Shown: positions 15,001-30,000 of the stretch, in pieces | Numbering within the stretch: position 1 is the first letter of the stretch | Layout: every line of letters starts with the position of its first letter | NCBI GenBank assembly: GCA_038999725.1 | Contig: JAWBWS010000001.1 | Span: 1 to 64,000 of the forward strand | Origin: Candidatus Aenigmatarchaeota archaeon | GTDB lineage: Archaea > Aenigmatarchaeota > Aenigmatarchaeia > CG10238-14 > SCSR01 | DNA: 64,000 bases | Direction: 5' to 3' | Made by a program: the position numbers and the translations under genes | Notes under the pieces: model-generated | Database searches by the model: none | Told to the model about the DNA's origin: nothing | What the model saw: only the letters and a program-made list of their open reading frames with translations

Positions 15001-18000
15001 TGATATTGGTACAAGATACTTCAAGTTCAACGCAAGTGATGCTCACAACACTACAGATAGACCTGGAAAAAACTTTACTTTAACTAAAGATGATGTTGAA
15101 ATTCAATATTCTGGCTTCTCAGAGGGGAACAACTCTTGGGTTAATAGAAGTGAATCAGTTTTGCTAAAGGTTAGAATTTATGATACCGACAACAAAGCTT
15201 ATGTTGCTTCAAATGTACATGGAAAGATATGGGTAACTAAAGACAAAATTGAATATGACTCTGGCTGGTCCAATGAGACAGATGCAGATGGTTATTTAGA
15301 AGCATACTTCACTCCCAATTGCAATTACAATGTTGGTTTACAATACTGGAAGGCAGGAACTTATTCTGATAATTGCTATAAAGATGTGAACTCGACTTTA
15401 ACATTAACAACAAATGTTAAAGGTTGGTTGAACAACACAATAGCTTTCCCAAATGGGGAGGCTTACCTTTCAAATCAAAACATTACTATCAGAGGAAATG
15501 TAACTGATGAGTGTAATTTAAACATAAGCGACGCAACTGTAACATTTAGGGTAATTCACACTGGCTATAATCCCTATTCAGCTGTATGTGAACCAGTTAT
15601 AACAGAACCTCAAGAAGCTTGGTACAATTGTACTTGGAACATTTCAAATAGTCCTTCAGGCTGGTATTCTGTTGAAATGAATTCTTCTAGGAGCTTGTAC
15701 AATGATGCAACAAGAATAAGAGAGCAAGTCTTCTTCCATGAAGTTGAACCAGTATTAACGGGAGCTTTTGTTTCACCCACCGAAAGCTACTGGGGAACTC
15801 AATTTATATTCAAAGTTAATGTTACAGATGATGATGATGATGTTAATGTCACTTTATGGAACAGAAAGCAACCTTCATCCACATGGAGTTATGTAGATTC
15901 AAAAATTTGTACAGATTGTATAAATTCAACTTTAACATTCACCAAAACCTATTGGCAAGCTGATATAGGAACTTGGGAGTGGTTCTTTAATGCAAGCGAT
16001 TCCCACAACAATAAAACAAGTACTTCAATTCAAACATTAACCATAACAAAAAGACAAATTACCTTTGATTATATTGCGGGAAATGAAACAAATGTCAGCA
16101 GAATTGGAAGCAACACAACAGTTTTAACTTTACAAGCAAGAGATGCCATTTCTGGTTCAGCTTTGGGTGCAGGTTTAACTGGAGGTTTCTGGATTACAAC
16201 CAATGGAACGAATGAAGGACCTAAAATACCAATAACAACTACTGGTGCTGGATATCTAAACTTGTCTTTCAATCCAAACTGTGCTCCAACCTTATACCAA
16301 GTTGGTCCACAAAAATGGAAGGGTGGTTTAGATGAATCAGATTATTACTATGCAGGAAACTCCACACAATACTTGGTATTATACATCTACTCTGTTCTTT
16401 CCAACAACATTACTTTTCCAATTGGACAAGACTATGATAAGGGAGATTTGATAAAAATTACAGGAGATGTTAAAGATGATTGTGGGTATGTTACAGAAGC
16501 TACAGTTAGATTTAGAGTTTCACAAGGCGATACCGAATTTATACCATCACAAGATCCAGCACAAGATTTGGTAAATGGAACTTATAACACAACTTGGGAT
16601 TCTTCTGTAGGCTTTTTGGGATGGTACAACATAACTATGAACTCTTCCAAATCTTACTATAATTCTTCTTCTGTTACAAAGGTGAATGCTTTCTTCCTCG
16701 GTAAAGCACCTGAGCTAGCTTATCCAAATGTTACACCAAAACAAGAGGGATGGGGCTTTAATTTCAGTTTCAATGTAAGCTTTAGGGATTTGGAAGGTGA
16801 TGTAAACAACATAACACTCTGGAAAGCCTATAATCCAGATGGTCCATGGTATTATGTAGACTCTCAACAAGTTACAAGTTCAACTTGGACTGAAATTAAA
16901 TTCTATCATGTTTTTGACTGTTCAGATTACACTTCAGGACCAACAATTTATTTCAAGTTTAACACAAGTGACACTCATCAGTTTAAAGCAGAAAGTAGTG
17001 TTGAGAATCTTGTTTTGGAAAAGGATGATGTGAGTTTCTTATTCATTGAAGGTGTTGGTGCTACAGTAAATAGAGAAGGTGATGCCTACACAAGATTCAC
17101 TGTTAGAATTAACGATTCTGATAAAAATGATTGGGTTGGAGAAAATGTTAATGGTATCTTCTACTTCACTTACGATGGATCAACTTATGATGAGGGACAT
17201 GCAGCTTCAACCAATGCCACAGGCTACATAAGTTACAACTTCAATCCAAATTGTACCTACAAAGCCAAGCCACAATTCTGGTATTTAAGAATTCAGGGAA
17301 ATACTTGCTACAAAGATGTGAGCTCAGAAACTCAAAGCTATTCTCCATTTGGACAGCTTAAGAATAACTTGTTATTGCCAGACCAATATTCTGAATTTAA
17401 TGTCACAAACCAAATTTTGATAAGGTTTAATGTTTCTACAGATTGTTCAGAAGATGGTCTAATTAATGACACATCATCACAAATGATAATAAATATTCAC
17501 AATCAAACTGAGAATGAATATTCTTGCTCTTTAATAAACAATGAAGGTACTGGATGGTACAATTGCACTTGGGACTCTACAAGCAAACCAGAAGGAAATT
17601 ACAGTATAAGAATCTCAACATCAAGAAGCTTTTACAATAGCAATACAACAACCTATTTAAATAGGTTCTGGCTTGAAAATAGACCGCCAACAGCAAGCAA
17701 TTTAATCGTCTCCCCAAGCTCTGGAGGATGGGGTGCAACTTATAGATTTAATGTTACTGTAACAGACCCTGAAAATGATAGTGTTGTTTGCAAATTATTT
17801 GTTAAAACTAATGGAGAATGGGTTTACAAGGGATATGATACTATAGCCACTCCAGGTAATTGTTCCATAACAGTTAATGATTTCACTTGCTCTGAACAAG
17901 GAACTGTAAACTTCAAGTTTGAAATTGACGATGGTACAGAAAGCAACCCATTCAACACAAGCGTTCAAACAGGACCTACTCTACATAAAGATATAGTTAC

Positions 18001-21000
18001 TGTAACTTATGTTTCTGGTAATGATACAACAGTTAATAGAGCTGGTGATGTAACACAAGAATTAATTTTGAGAGTTTACGATGTAGAGAAAGGAGTTTAT
18101 CCTGAAGGTGCTAACGGGACAGTTTGGATAACTAATAACATTTATTGGTATGCTTGGGATGGTCAAACAAATGCTAATGGCTATTTGATCATACAATTTA
18201 ATCCTGATTGTGGCTATACTGTCGGAACCAATACTTGGTTGGGTGGTGTTAGAAATGATGCTTGTTATGTTGAAATAAACACAACAGAAAACTATACAGT
18301 AAAAATAAAAGGAGATTTAATAAATACGATCGTCCAACCAAATGGAGAAGAATTCTTAAGGGGAAGTAATGTAACAATAAGAGGAAATGTAACTGACGAA
18401 TGTTTAATTCCTATAACTCAAGCAACAGTTAACTTTACATCAAAATCCTTACAAACCTCAGAAGAGTTCATTTGTCCTTCAGTTTGGAATGAAGAAACAG
18501 GATATTACAATTGTACCTTTAACACATCCTATCCAGTAATGATGCCAACTCAATGGTATAATATAACCATGCAATCTAACAAAACAAATTACAATGATGG
18601 TGTCTCAACAAAATATCAAGCCTTCTGGATAGAAACTAAGCCAATATTAACTGTACCGCAAGCAATTCCTGAAGTTGGGGGGTGGGGAGAAACATTCACA
18701 TTCAAAGTTAATGTCACGGACGAAGACTTTGATCAAATGACAGTGAGATATTACTTGAGAAAAGATGATGGTAATTGGATTTTGTATGGTTCTCAATCAA
18801 TTTCAGGAATAAATCAAACTGTTACTTTCACTAAAACTTTCACAACCGGTGACTTGGGGAATTGGAACCTGAAGTTTAATGTTACAGAAGATGATATTTG
18901 GAATGACACTTCAGAAATAGTTAACTTTACTGTTGAGAAAGATGATGTTGATATCCTGTATTATCAGGGGAACGAAACCACTGTAAATAGAGTTTCTGGA
19001 AGCACGAGACTGGAACTTAGAGCAATAGACACAGATAAACCTTCTCAACAAGTTATAGGGGCTTCAACCGGCTTTTGGGTAACAACAAATGCGAGTGACC
19101 CAATGAGCTTTGGTTCAACAATAACAGGCTCACCAACCAATAACACAGGTTATTTCTACATAAACTTTGATCCAGATTGCACTTATGGAGTTGGAAAGCA
19201 GAAGTGGAAAGGAGGAATAACTCAATCAGACTACTGGAAGTCTAAAAATTCAAGCGAGTTTAATATAACAATAACTTCAGAGTTCACTCCAAACATTCAA
19301 CAACCAAAACAACAAATTTTCTTGAAAGGTGTTGACACCATTTTACTAAGAGGTAATCTGTCTGACGATGCTAATTGTGGTTTAGTTTCAGAAGCAAATG
19401 TCGACTTCTATGTTTCGAGGTCAGAATGGCTTTGTGATGCTAATGATGAGGGCAATGGATGGTACAATTGCACGATTCCTCCAAACATACATGCAATTTG
19501 GGATTACAATTGGTACAATTTGACCATGAATGCCTCCAAAGATTATTATCAAGATGAGAGTTCTACTGTAATCAATTCATTCTATCTTGCAGACGATCCT
19601 GACTTAACAAACCCGACTGTAAGCCCAAGCTCAGCACCTTGGGGAACAACTTTTGTATTCAACATAACTCTAACAGATTTGGATAGTGATAATAAAACTG
19701 TTTACTTTTGGATAAGGAAGTCTGGTCAGGAGTGGGAGCACGTCGCAAACCAAAGCTACTATGGAGCAACTCCAGGAGCAGGAATAAATATAGGATTTGA
19801 ATGGCAGTCAAGTTGTGAATATATTGGCACAATAGAGTACAAGTTCAATGTAAGCGATACTTCTGGTTATTCAAAGGAAATCCCTTCACCCTATCCTTCC
19901 TTTACAGTATCAGAAAGAGGAGTCATTTTCGAATTGGATTCTGGATCAAATGTAATTGTAAATAGAGAAGGTTCATCTTTCACTTTACTTGCTGTAAAAA
20001 TAATCGATCAGTTTACTGGTAGCTATGTTGGTTCTGGAGTAAACGGAAGCTTTTGGGTAACAACAAATGCAAGCGATCCTGAGAGCTGGGGACCTGTTGT
20101 AACTAATAAAACAGATTCTGAAGGTAGGATAAGCTATTACTTTAATCCAGATTGCTCTTATTCCGTGGGACAACAAAAGTGGAAAGCTGGAGTTTATAAC
20201 GATGCATGCTATGTGGATACTAACTCGACTCTTTACACTGTGAACGTTACTGGCCAACTTAAGAATATTTTGAATCAGCCTGCCCAATATAGTAATTTCA
20301 ATGTCACAGATTTAATCTTAATTAACTTCACAACTCTAAGTGATTGTTCTGCTGAAAGAAGCGATGAAAATCCAGTTATAAATGCAAGTAGCTACACAAT
20401 AGAGCTAAGGTCACCATTGGGTATCTTTGAATCTTGCTCACCTGTGAGCAATAGCTATGCAGGTTGGTACAATTGCACTTGGGATTCGAGCAACAAGAAA
20501 GAGGGCTATTGGGACATAAGGCTAAATTCATCAAAACTTAACTTTAATTCAAATTCAACAATATATAATGATTGGTTCTGGCTTGAAAATCTGAACACGA
20601 TTGCAGAAAATGCTACAGTTACACCGAGCCAAGGAGGATGGTCTCGCTCATACAACTATTCTATTGACATCTATGACCAAGAGGGAGATACGATTAATTG
20701 CTCTTTATTCATAAGTAAAGATAATCAGCAAACCTGGGAATATAAAGGAAGTTATATTGTTCAAGGAACTCATAGTAATCCGACGTGGGGAAGATGCTTT
20801 GTTGTTGTGCATGACTTTATTTGCTCTGACATTGGAGAAGATAACTACTTCAAATGGCAAATCCAGAATGGAGAGCCGGCTAATATATACAACACAACTC
20901 CAACACAAGGGCCAAATATAACCGAATCTCAAGTCTCTATAGACTACATAGAAGGCAACAATTCCCATCTCAACAGATCATCTGGAATTAACCAAATAAA

Positions 21001-24000
21001 GAGGCTTGCAGTTAATGTGTATGACATAGAAAATTCAAGCTATGCGCAAAATGTAAATGTAAGCTTTTGGGTAACATATGATAATATCAACTATCAGTTC
21101 GATTTTAAGAATGCTACAGATAGTTTGGGAAATGCCAGCTATTACTTTAACCCAAACTGTAGTTATTCTGTTGGGCAACAGTACTGGATAGCTGGAGTTA
21201 CTGACTCATGCTATCAGGATGTAAACACCTCTACAAACTTTACTGTTTATGTTTACGGTGACCTTAACAATACAATAATTCAACCATTGAATGGACAAAC
21301 TTTCTTAAGAGGCGCCAATATCACAGTAAAGGGAAATGTGACAAGTGAGTGTGGAGCTTTGATAAATGTAGACACAATCAACTTTACTTTAATTCATGTT
21401 GATAGCCAACAACAATTTACTTGCTCTCCAATTTTAAATGAAGATGATGGCTATTACAACTGTACCTTTAACACTTCTTCACCAACTGTAATGCCAGCCA
21501 AATACTACAATATCAAGATGAATACAACTAAACAGTATTATAATCTTGGAGAGAAAATTGCAAAGAATGCTTTCTTTATAGAAACCAAACCTGTGTTAAC
21601 AAATCCGACAGATTATCCAGATCCATCTGGCTGGGGTGTGCCACTAACATTTTCAGTTAACTTCACCGATGAAGATAATGATGTGAATGTTGTTAGAGTG
21701 TGGGTCAGAAAATTGCCTGCAGGATCTTGGATAAAGAAAGGTGAGAACACTACAGTCCAAGGTACAAATATAATTGTTCAATTCACCTCAACATTTACTT
21801 CAAGTGACATAGGAGATTGGGAATACTTCTTTAATGCAAGTGACAGTAGGGGATATGAAACAAACACTTCAGTTAATACTTTCACTATAAGGAAAAACTA
21901 TCTCATGTTTGAACACAGCTTAGGAGATAACACTTCGGTCAATAGAAGTATAGGCGAATCTCAAACTTTGAAAGTGAGAGTGAAAGATTTGGATAGAAAT
22001 GTCTATTTAACTTCCTCAGAAACTTTAGTTGGGAAATTCTTTGTAACTAATGATACCTCAAATAATTTTGTTGTAATTGCAAGCGATATAGCAAGTGATT
22101 TAAACGGCTACCTAACTACATTATTCACACCAACTTGTAGTTTTGCAGTTGGACCTCAGAAATGGAAAGCTGGAATAGCAGGAGATCCGAAATTCTTTGA
22201 TGTAAACTCAAGTGAATTTAGAATAAACATAACAACCTATCCACTACAAGTTAACTTGGTACAACCCTCTGGAGAAGTTTACTTGAAGGGGATTGACCCA
22301 ATTTTGGTTAGAGGAAATGTTAGTGACGATTGTGGTTTGGTAAAAGGAGCAACTGTGACATTTACTGCTTATCAAGGATCTAGTGAAAATATTTGTCCAT
22401 CTGTGAATGATGAAGAAAATGGCTTTTACAACTGTACATTTGACACTGGTGGGAGTTGGTTAGGAACTTATGGTTATTATAATATAACAATGAGCGCAAG
22501 CAAACAATATTACAACAATTCTCTCACATTGAATAAGGAGAATGCATTCTATTTAGCAAGCAAACCAGAGTTGTCTTCTCCAAGCTACTCTTCTTCTGGA
22601 GATGGTGGTTGGGGAGAAAGCTGGACATTTACAGTTAATGTTAGAGATGTGGATTCTGGTAATGTGAATGTAAGTTTATGGGTCAACTTAACTGGAGAAT
22701 GGCAACTCTTGAATTCAACACTTTGTTCTAATTGCGCATCTCTAACAACAATAACATTCATGGGACACAAGTTTGCTTGTGAAAACATAGGAACAAGATA
22801 CTTCAAGTTCAATGCTTCTGATCAATTCAACTACATGAATGAAACATCAACACAAAGCTTCGTGATAGATAAAGATGATACTGTTTCAGAATACGTTGCT
22901 GGACATTTGGTTAACGTTAATAGAGAAGGGGAATCAAAAGCCCTGTTGATAGTGAGGATAGCAGATGTGGATAATTCAAGCTATGTTGGTGCTGGAGTAC
23001 AAGGAAAGATATTTGTCACAAAAGACTATTCAAATTACGATTCTGGAACAAGCAATACAACCAATGCCACAGGTTATCTGAAGATTTACTTTGATCCCGA
23101 CTGTTCTTACTTTGTTGGGAGTCAAAATTGGAGAGGGGGAGTTTATAATGACGCTTGCTATAAAGATAGCAACAACACGCCTGCAAGAAATGTTAGCATA
23201 AAAGGCCAGCTTTATATTAACTTATACCAACCCGAGCAAGATTCTATTTTCAATGTCACTAATTTAATTGCTCACAGATGGAATGTTTACTCTGATTGTT
23301 ATGAAGAAGGAAATATTAGTGAAGTAAGCAATACTTTAACTCTAAACAATTTTGGAAATAGCTCTACTTGCACTCCAATAAATGAAATATCCATAGGAAA
23401 CTACAATTGTACATGGAATTCAACTTCACAACCAGAAGGATATTGGAGTGTTAATGTTACAGCAAGCAAAATAAACTACAATTCAAATACAACAATCTAC
23501 ACAAATAGATTCTTCCTAGACAATCTTGCTCCAGTAGTCTCAAACCCAAAGGTTAATCCTCAACAAGGAGGATGGTCAAGAGAGTATAATTACAGTATAG
23601 ATGTAACAGATGCAGAAGGAGATACCGTTACTTGCTATCTCTACACAAACACAACCGGAAGCTTTGTGTTAAGAGGGTCAAGTGTTGTAAACCCACCTTC
23701 AACATGTGTAATAACTGTTCACGACTTCACATGCTCTGATATAAATAATGCTTCATTCTATTTCATAGTGAATGACACCTTCAACAAAGTCAACACAAGC
23801 GAAATCTTAGGAATAACAGAAGGACCCGAGATTAGAAAATCTCAAGTAGAAATTTTGTACATTGGTGGGAATGAATCTTTAACAAACAGAAGCTTGGGAA
23901 TAAACCAGCAGGTTCAGCTTGTTTTAAGAATTAAAGATGTGGAAAATTCAAGCTATCCTTCAAATGTTAACGGAAGGTTTTGGATTACAACTGATGGGGA

Positions 24001-27000
24001 AAATTGGGACTCTGGTTATCCTGTGGTTAGCAATGCCACTGGCTATTACAACTACATCTTCGATCCAAACTGTAGTTATTCTGTTGGAAAACAATGGTGG
24101 AAGGGAGGAAGTCTTGGTGATGCCTGCTATCATGATGTGAATTCGAGCAATTTAACTCTAACAATTTATGGTGATCAGATATTAACAATCAATTCACCAA
24201 AAGGTCAAGAATATCTCAGAGGAGAAGACAACATTCTGTTGAGAGGAAATGTAACAGACGATTGCAACAATTTACTGACAAATGCTAATGTTAACTTTAT
24301 TTCCATTCATGCCGAAACCCAGCAACAGTTCACCTGCTCACCGGTAAACAATGAAGAGAATTCTTATTACAATTGTACAATACCGAGCACGACTCACGCT
24401 TCTTGGCCCACTAAATCTTATAATGTTAAGATGAACTCCACTTTATCTTATTACAATTACAACGAAACCATTGAAACATTTGCTTTGAACGAGAAAGGCT
24501 TCTTCTTAGAGACAAAACCAAAGCTAACTGGAGCAATTGTCTATCCTTCTGGCAATGGAGGTTGGGGCGAAACTTGGACATTTAAAGTAAATTACACCGA
24601 TGAGGATGGGGATGTTGGAATAGTAAGATTATACTTGAGAAAACCGCCTTCAGATTGGTTCTTGGAGAATGTACAATCAGGAGTTAGTGGAGTTAACACA
24701 ACAATCACATTTACAAAATTAAACTTTGATGTTGGTGATGTGGGAAACTGGGAATTCAAGTTTAATGTCACAGGAGATGACAATTGGGATGTAAATGAAA
24801 CTTCAGCAATACAATTCACTCTAGACAAAGATGATATAAATATCACGCTTATCCTTGGAAATAACAGCTATGTCAATAGAAGTATAGCCCCAAGCCAAAG
24901 CAATGCTTCAATAAGCGTAAGAATTTATGATTTGGATAAAAATCAACCTCTTCCTCTAGGAACTTCAGGTACGGCAAAACTTTATGTAACAACTAACCCG
25001 CTAGACCCAACAAGTTTTGTTGTTGATGCTTCAGGTTCATTGGTGGGTGCCGGTTGGTTTAATACAACTTGGCCAAATCTTGCTAAATGTACTTACGATA
25101 TTGGTTTGTTGAAATGGAGAGTTGAATTTGGGGGCCCTGGTTATAAGTCCATAAACAGTACACAAACTTATGGTTCAGACTTTATTTTAACCACTCTAAC
25201 CTATCCCTTACAAGTTAACATCTTGGTACCAAACAACCAAACTTTCAGGAGGGGTGTAGATTCGATAACATACATTGGCAATGTAACGGATGATTGTGGT
25301 GGTGTTAAAGATGCTTCAGTAGAATTTAGAAACAAACCAGAGTATTCTTGGGGAGTTTGTTTACCATCCAATGTTATAGACCACAATAATGGAACATATT
25401 CTTGTGTGGTTAATCCTCCTACAACAGCTTCATTTGGTTACTATAATTTAACAATGAACACAAGTAAACAGTATTACAACTCCTCTGAAAAGGTGGAAAA
25501 AGGAGACAGCTATGTTATTGTGAGCAATCCTCAGATACAAAATCCGACAACAAATAAAGCTTTAGATACAGGTGGGTGGGGTGAGAGTTGGATATTCAGT
25601 GTTCAAGTGAAAGATGAAGATAGGGGAGCATTTGATTTTGAAGCAATGAATGTAAGTTTGTGGGTCAATCTAACTGGAGAATGGCAACTCTTGAATTCAA
25701 CACTTTGTTCAGCCCCAATTTGTTTAGATTGGACTACAATTAGTTTTGTACATACCTTCTCTTGCGGAGATATAGGAGAGAAAAGCTTCAAGTTCAATGT
25801 TAGTGATTATTGGGGTTATAAGAATGAAACTATTCCAAAGACTTTCACTTTACAGAAAGATGATGTAACAATAGAGTTTGTGGATGGCCCGGACCACATA
25901 AACAGGGAAGGTTCAGCCACAGGAAGATTTGTATTCAGAATTTATGATACAGATAGACAAAGCTATGTTTCAAACACAAGCACTTCGGCAAGAATTTACT
26001 TCACACAAGATGGAGAAAGCTTTACTGTTAGTTATTCCGTGACTCCAAATTCCTCAGCTTATGTTAATTACGATTTAAATCCTGATTGCAGTTATGCTAC
26101 AGGCATCCAGAAATGGCAGGCTGGAACTTATAATGATGCCTGTTATATAAACAAGAATTTCAGTCTGCCCCATGAGTTTGAAATTAAGGGTCAGTTGAAG
26201 AACCAATTAACTCAGCCTGTGTATGGTTCAGTTTATAATGTAACTGAGCAAATTCCAATTAACTTTACAACTCTAAGTGATTGTTCTGCTGAAAGAAGTG
26301 ATGAAAATCTTGTGATAAATGCAAGCAGCTACATTATTGAACTTAAATCACCTTTGGGTGTGTATGAAGTTTGCTCTCCAATAACAAACTCTTATCAAGG
26401 CTGGTATAACTGCACTTGGAATTCTACTGCCAAAAAAGAGGGCCTTTGGAGCATTAGACTTAACTCAACCAAAGAACATTTCAACCAAAACTCAACAGTT
26501 TATGAAAACTGGTTCCAGCTTCTTAATTGGAATGTAAGTAATACTTCAATACCCGTCGTTAGCCCAAGTCAAGGAGGATGGTCAAGGCTATTCAACTACA
26601 CCATAGCCGTTTATGATCAAGAGGGAGACACAATAAACTGCTCTTTGTTCATAAGCAAAGATAATAAACAAACTTGGGAGTATAAAGGAAGCTATATAAT
26701 TCAAGGAACTCCTGGAATTCCAACACAAGGAACTTGCTGGATCGCTCTACATGATTTCGATTGTAGTGATATAGATAAACCAGAAGGTCAAGGATGGGTT
26801 GAAAGCAAGGCAAAATGGTTTAAGTGGAAAATTGAAAATGGAGAACCAGAAAATGCTTGGTTTACTCAACCAATTCAAGGACCTAATATTACTGAATCTC
26901 AAGTCAACATTAACTATATAGAGGGAAATAACAGTTACGTTAACAGGAGCTCTGGGGTAAATCAAGTTGGAAGATTAGTTGTAAATGTTTTTGATTCGGA

Positions 27001-30000
27001 AAACTCAAGTCACATAAAAAATGCTAACGTGAGCTTCTGGGTTACTAATAACTCAGGAAATTACAGGCTTGAAGTTGTAAATCAAACAAACTTGCAGGGG
27101 AATGCTAGCTATTACTTTAATCCAAACTGCACTCATGCTACAGGAATACAATACTGGAAAGCCGGTGTAACAGATGCTTGTTACATTGACTTAAACACCA
27201 CTGACTTCATTTTAACAATAATTGGTGATTTAATTGGTACCATTACTCAACCAAATGAGCAAGAATTTTTGAGAGGAAGCAATGTTACCATAAATGCTAG
27301 CTTGTATGATGAGTGTTCAATTCCAATTTCCGAAGCTACAATAAACTTCGTGATGAAATCTTTGCAAACATTGCAAGAATTTATTTGTTCTTCTGTGATT
27401 GGTGACTCAAATATCTACAGCTGCACTTTCAACACTTCTTCGCCAACAATAATGCCTGCACGCTGGTACAATGTGAGTATGGTTTCAAGCAAGACTTACT
27501 ACAACACAAATACCACGACAAAATATCAAGCCTTCTGGATTGAAACTTCTCCAGAATTAACAAATCCTGTTGCAATACCTAGTGGAGATGGAGGTTGGGG
27601 TGAAAGCTGGCTGTTCAGAGTTAACTTCACAGATGAAGATTTGGACAACAATTGGGTGAAGTTTTGGTTGAACAGACATAGAGTAACTGATCCGACTCAA
27701 ATTGCAATAAACCAAACAGTCTCTGGGATAAATGTAGTTGTTGAGTTCAACCTAACTCCGTTCAATGAAGATGATTTCAACACAAACAAAACAATAGAGT
27801 TCAAGTTCAATGCAACTGATGCCCCACCAACAGGAAATCCTGAAGATCAATGGGATACAGGCTGGCAATATCTTGAATTGAAACCAGATAATATTTCCAT
27901 CAGTTTGATTGAACCAATAGACTTAGTCTTCAACAGAAGCTCTCAAAAGAACAGCAAAATCAATTACACTGTACAGATAATAGATACAGATAGAAATCTT
28001 CCATTACCAAGTGGTAGGACGGCAAAGTTCTACTACACGAAAGATGGTAGTAATTATATTGATGGTGGCTTTCGATTTACACTCGCAGGAGGTTATGTGA
28101 CTCAAAACATAACCTTGGATTGTAGTTTTTCAATAGGTCCTCAATATTGGATTGCCGGTACTGCTAATCAATCAGCATCATACGCTTGGGAAATTAAGAA
28201 TTCTTCTGTAGCAAGCTTCACTATAGTCACAGAAAACTTGACTGTAAATATCACTGCACCAATAAATAACTATCCTTGGAATGCTCCAAGAAGAGGTATA
28301 GACAATATAACACTTTATGCTGATGTGAAAGATGATTGTGGGTATGTGAGTGGAGCAAGTTTGATCTTTTATGTTTATGATCCAAATTGCGAAGGAGGAG
28401 CTTGTGAGTGCACGAGCATAACAGACTACAACAATGGAACCTATAGCTGCACGATTTTGGCATCACAAACATCAACTTGGGAAACCGGTTGGCATAATGT
28501 GAGTGTTGAGGTTAGTAAACAATATTACAATGGAACTTCAGACTTCCAGCAGAATGCCTTCTACTTAGCTACTGTACCAGATATAACACCAACAGGCTAT
28601 CCTCCAATAACAGCAGTCTCTACAACAGGAGATGGAGGTTGGGGTGAGCTCTGGAAGTTTGAAGCTTGGGTTGTTGATTGGGACAATGATGACGTGAATG
28701 TTTCACTTTACTTAAACTTAAGCGGTAATTGGATTTTGAGAAATTCAACAGTAATAAAAGCGCAAGTCCCAACACAAGTGACATTTTATGAAACATTTGA
28801 ATGTGAAGACATAGGAAGTAATAAAGGATATAAGTTTGTTGCTACAGATGTTTGGAATTATCAAGATCAGGAGAACAGCGCCTTCGACATTCACAAGGAT
28901 GATATCACAGTTGAATATGTGACTGGATCAGGGGAGCAAGTGAGTAGGGAAGGGAGTAATTCTGTTTTAATTAAGGTCAAGATTTTGGACTCTGATAGAA
29001 ATGTTTATGTTGGTGCTGAAAGAAATGGAAGTTTTTACATCACAACACAATCTCTTGGTGGTAGTGGGAACACATCAACTTACATGCTGTACTACAAGAA
29101 TAAAACAGATTCTGAAAGCATTTTAACCTTTAATTTTGATCCGAATTGTAGTATAGGTGTTGCTGTACAAAACTGGAAAGCTGGTATTGAAGGTGATGCT
29201 TGCTATAAAGATTATCAGCCAGAATATGGCCTCTACGTAAATGTAATCGGTCAGTTGAAAGTTAATCTTATCTCCCCAATAAAAGGAAGCAACATTCCTG
29301 TTGGTGAAATGATAAACATCAACTCTTCAGTCTTTTCGGACTGTCCAAATGAAGGATTTTTGAAAGGAGCTAGTGTAAAACATGAGGCCAGATCACCAAA
29401 TCTGCAGTTTGAAAACATTCAGCCTGTGGTGGATCAAAACAATGGTTACTACAACTCAAGTTGGAACACAAGTTTCCATGTTGGTGGGAACTGGAGTTTC
29501 AGGATAAATGCAAGTTTGGCAAACTACTATCCAAATTCCACTCTATTCTTGGATTGGGTTTACCTGAACAACACTCCCCCAGTTGCTGAAAATCTAAGTG
29601 TGAGTCCAAGCTCAGGAGGTTGGGGTGAAAACTTCACCTTTAGTGTAGAGATAAACGATATGCAGCTTGATAATGTAACTTGCAAGTTATTTGTTTATAC
29701 AGGGAAGCAAGAATGGGAATATAAGGGAAGCTCGAAAGTTGATTGGGGTATAGGAAAATGTAATGTAAGTGTGAGTGATTTCACATGTCAAGACATAAAC
29801 ACAAGCTCCTTAGTCAAGTTCAAATTCCAAATAGAAGATGGGACCAATGTTTTCAATACCTCTGAAGCATTTGCACCAGAGATAACCAAAAATGATGTTG
29901 TGATTGAATATGTTTATGGGAATGAAAGCAGTGTTAATAGAAATGGGGACGATTCTACTCTTCTCATCTTAAGAATTTTCGATGTAATAAAAGGAAGCTA

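Noticed and set aside
15827..15841. (GAT)5 microsatellite as a phase-variation tract
   Set aside because: In-frame, short, and simply encodes the acidic loop present in other modules.
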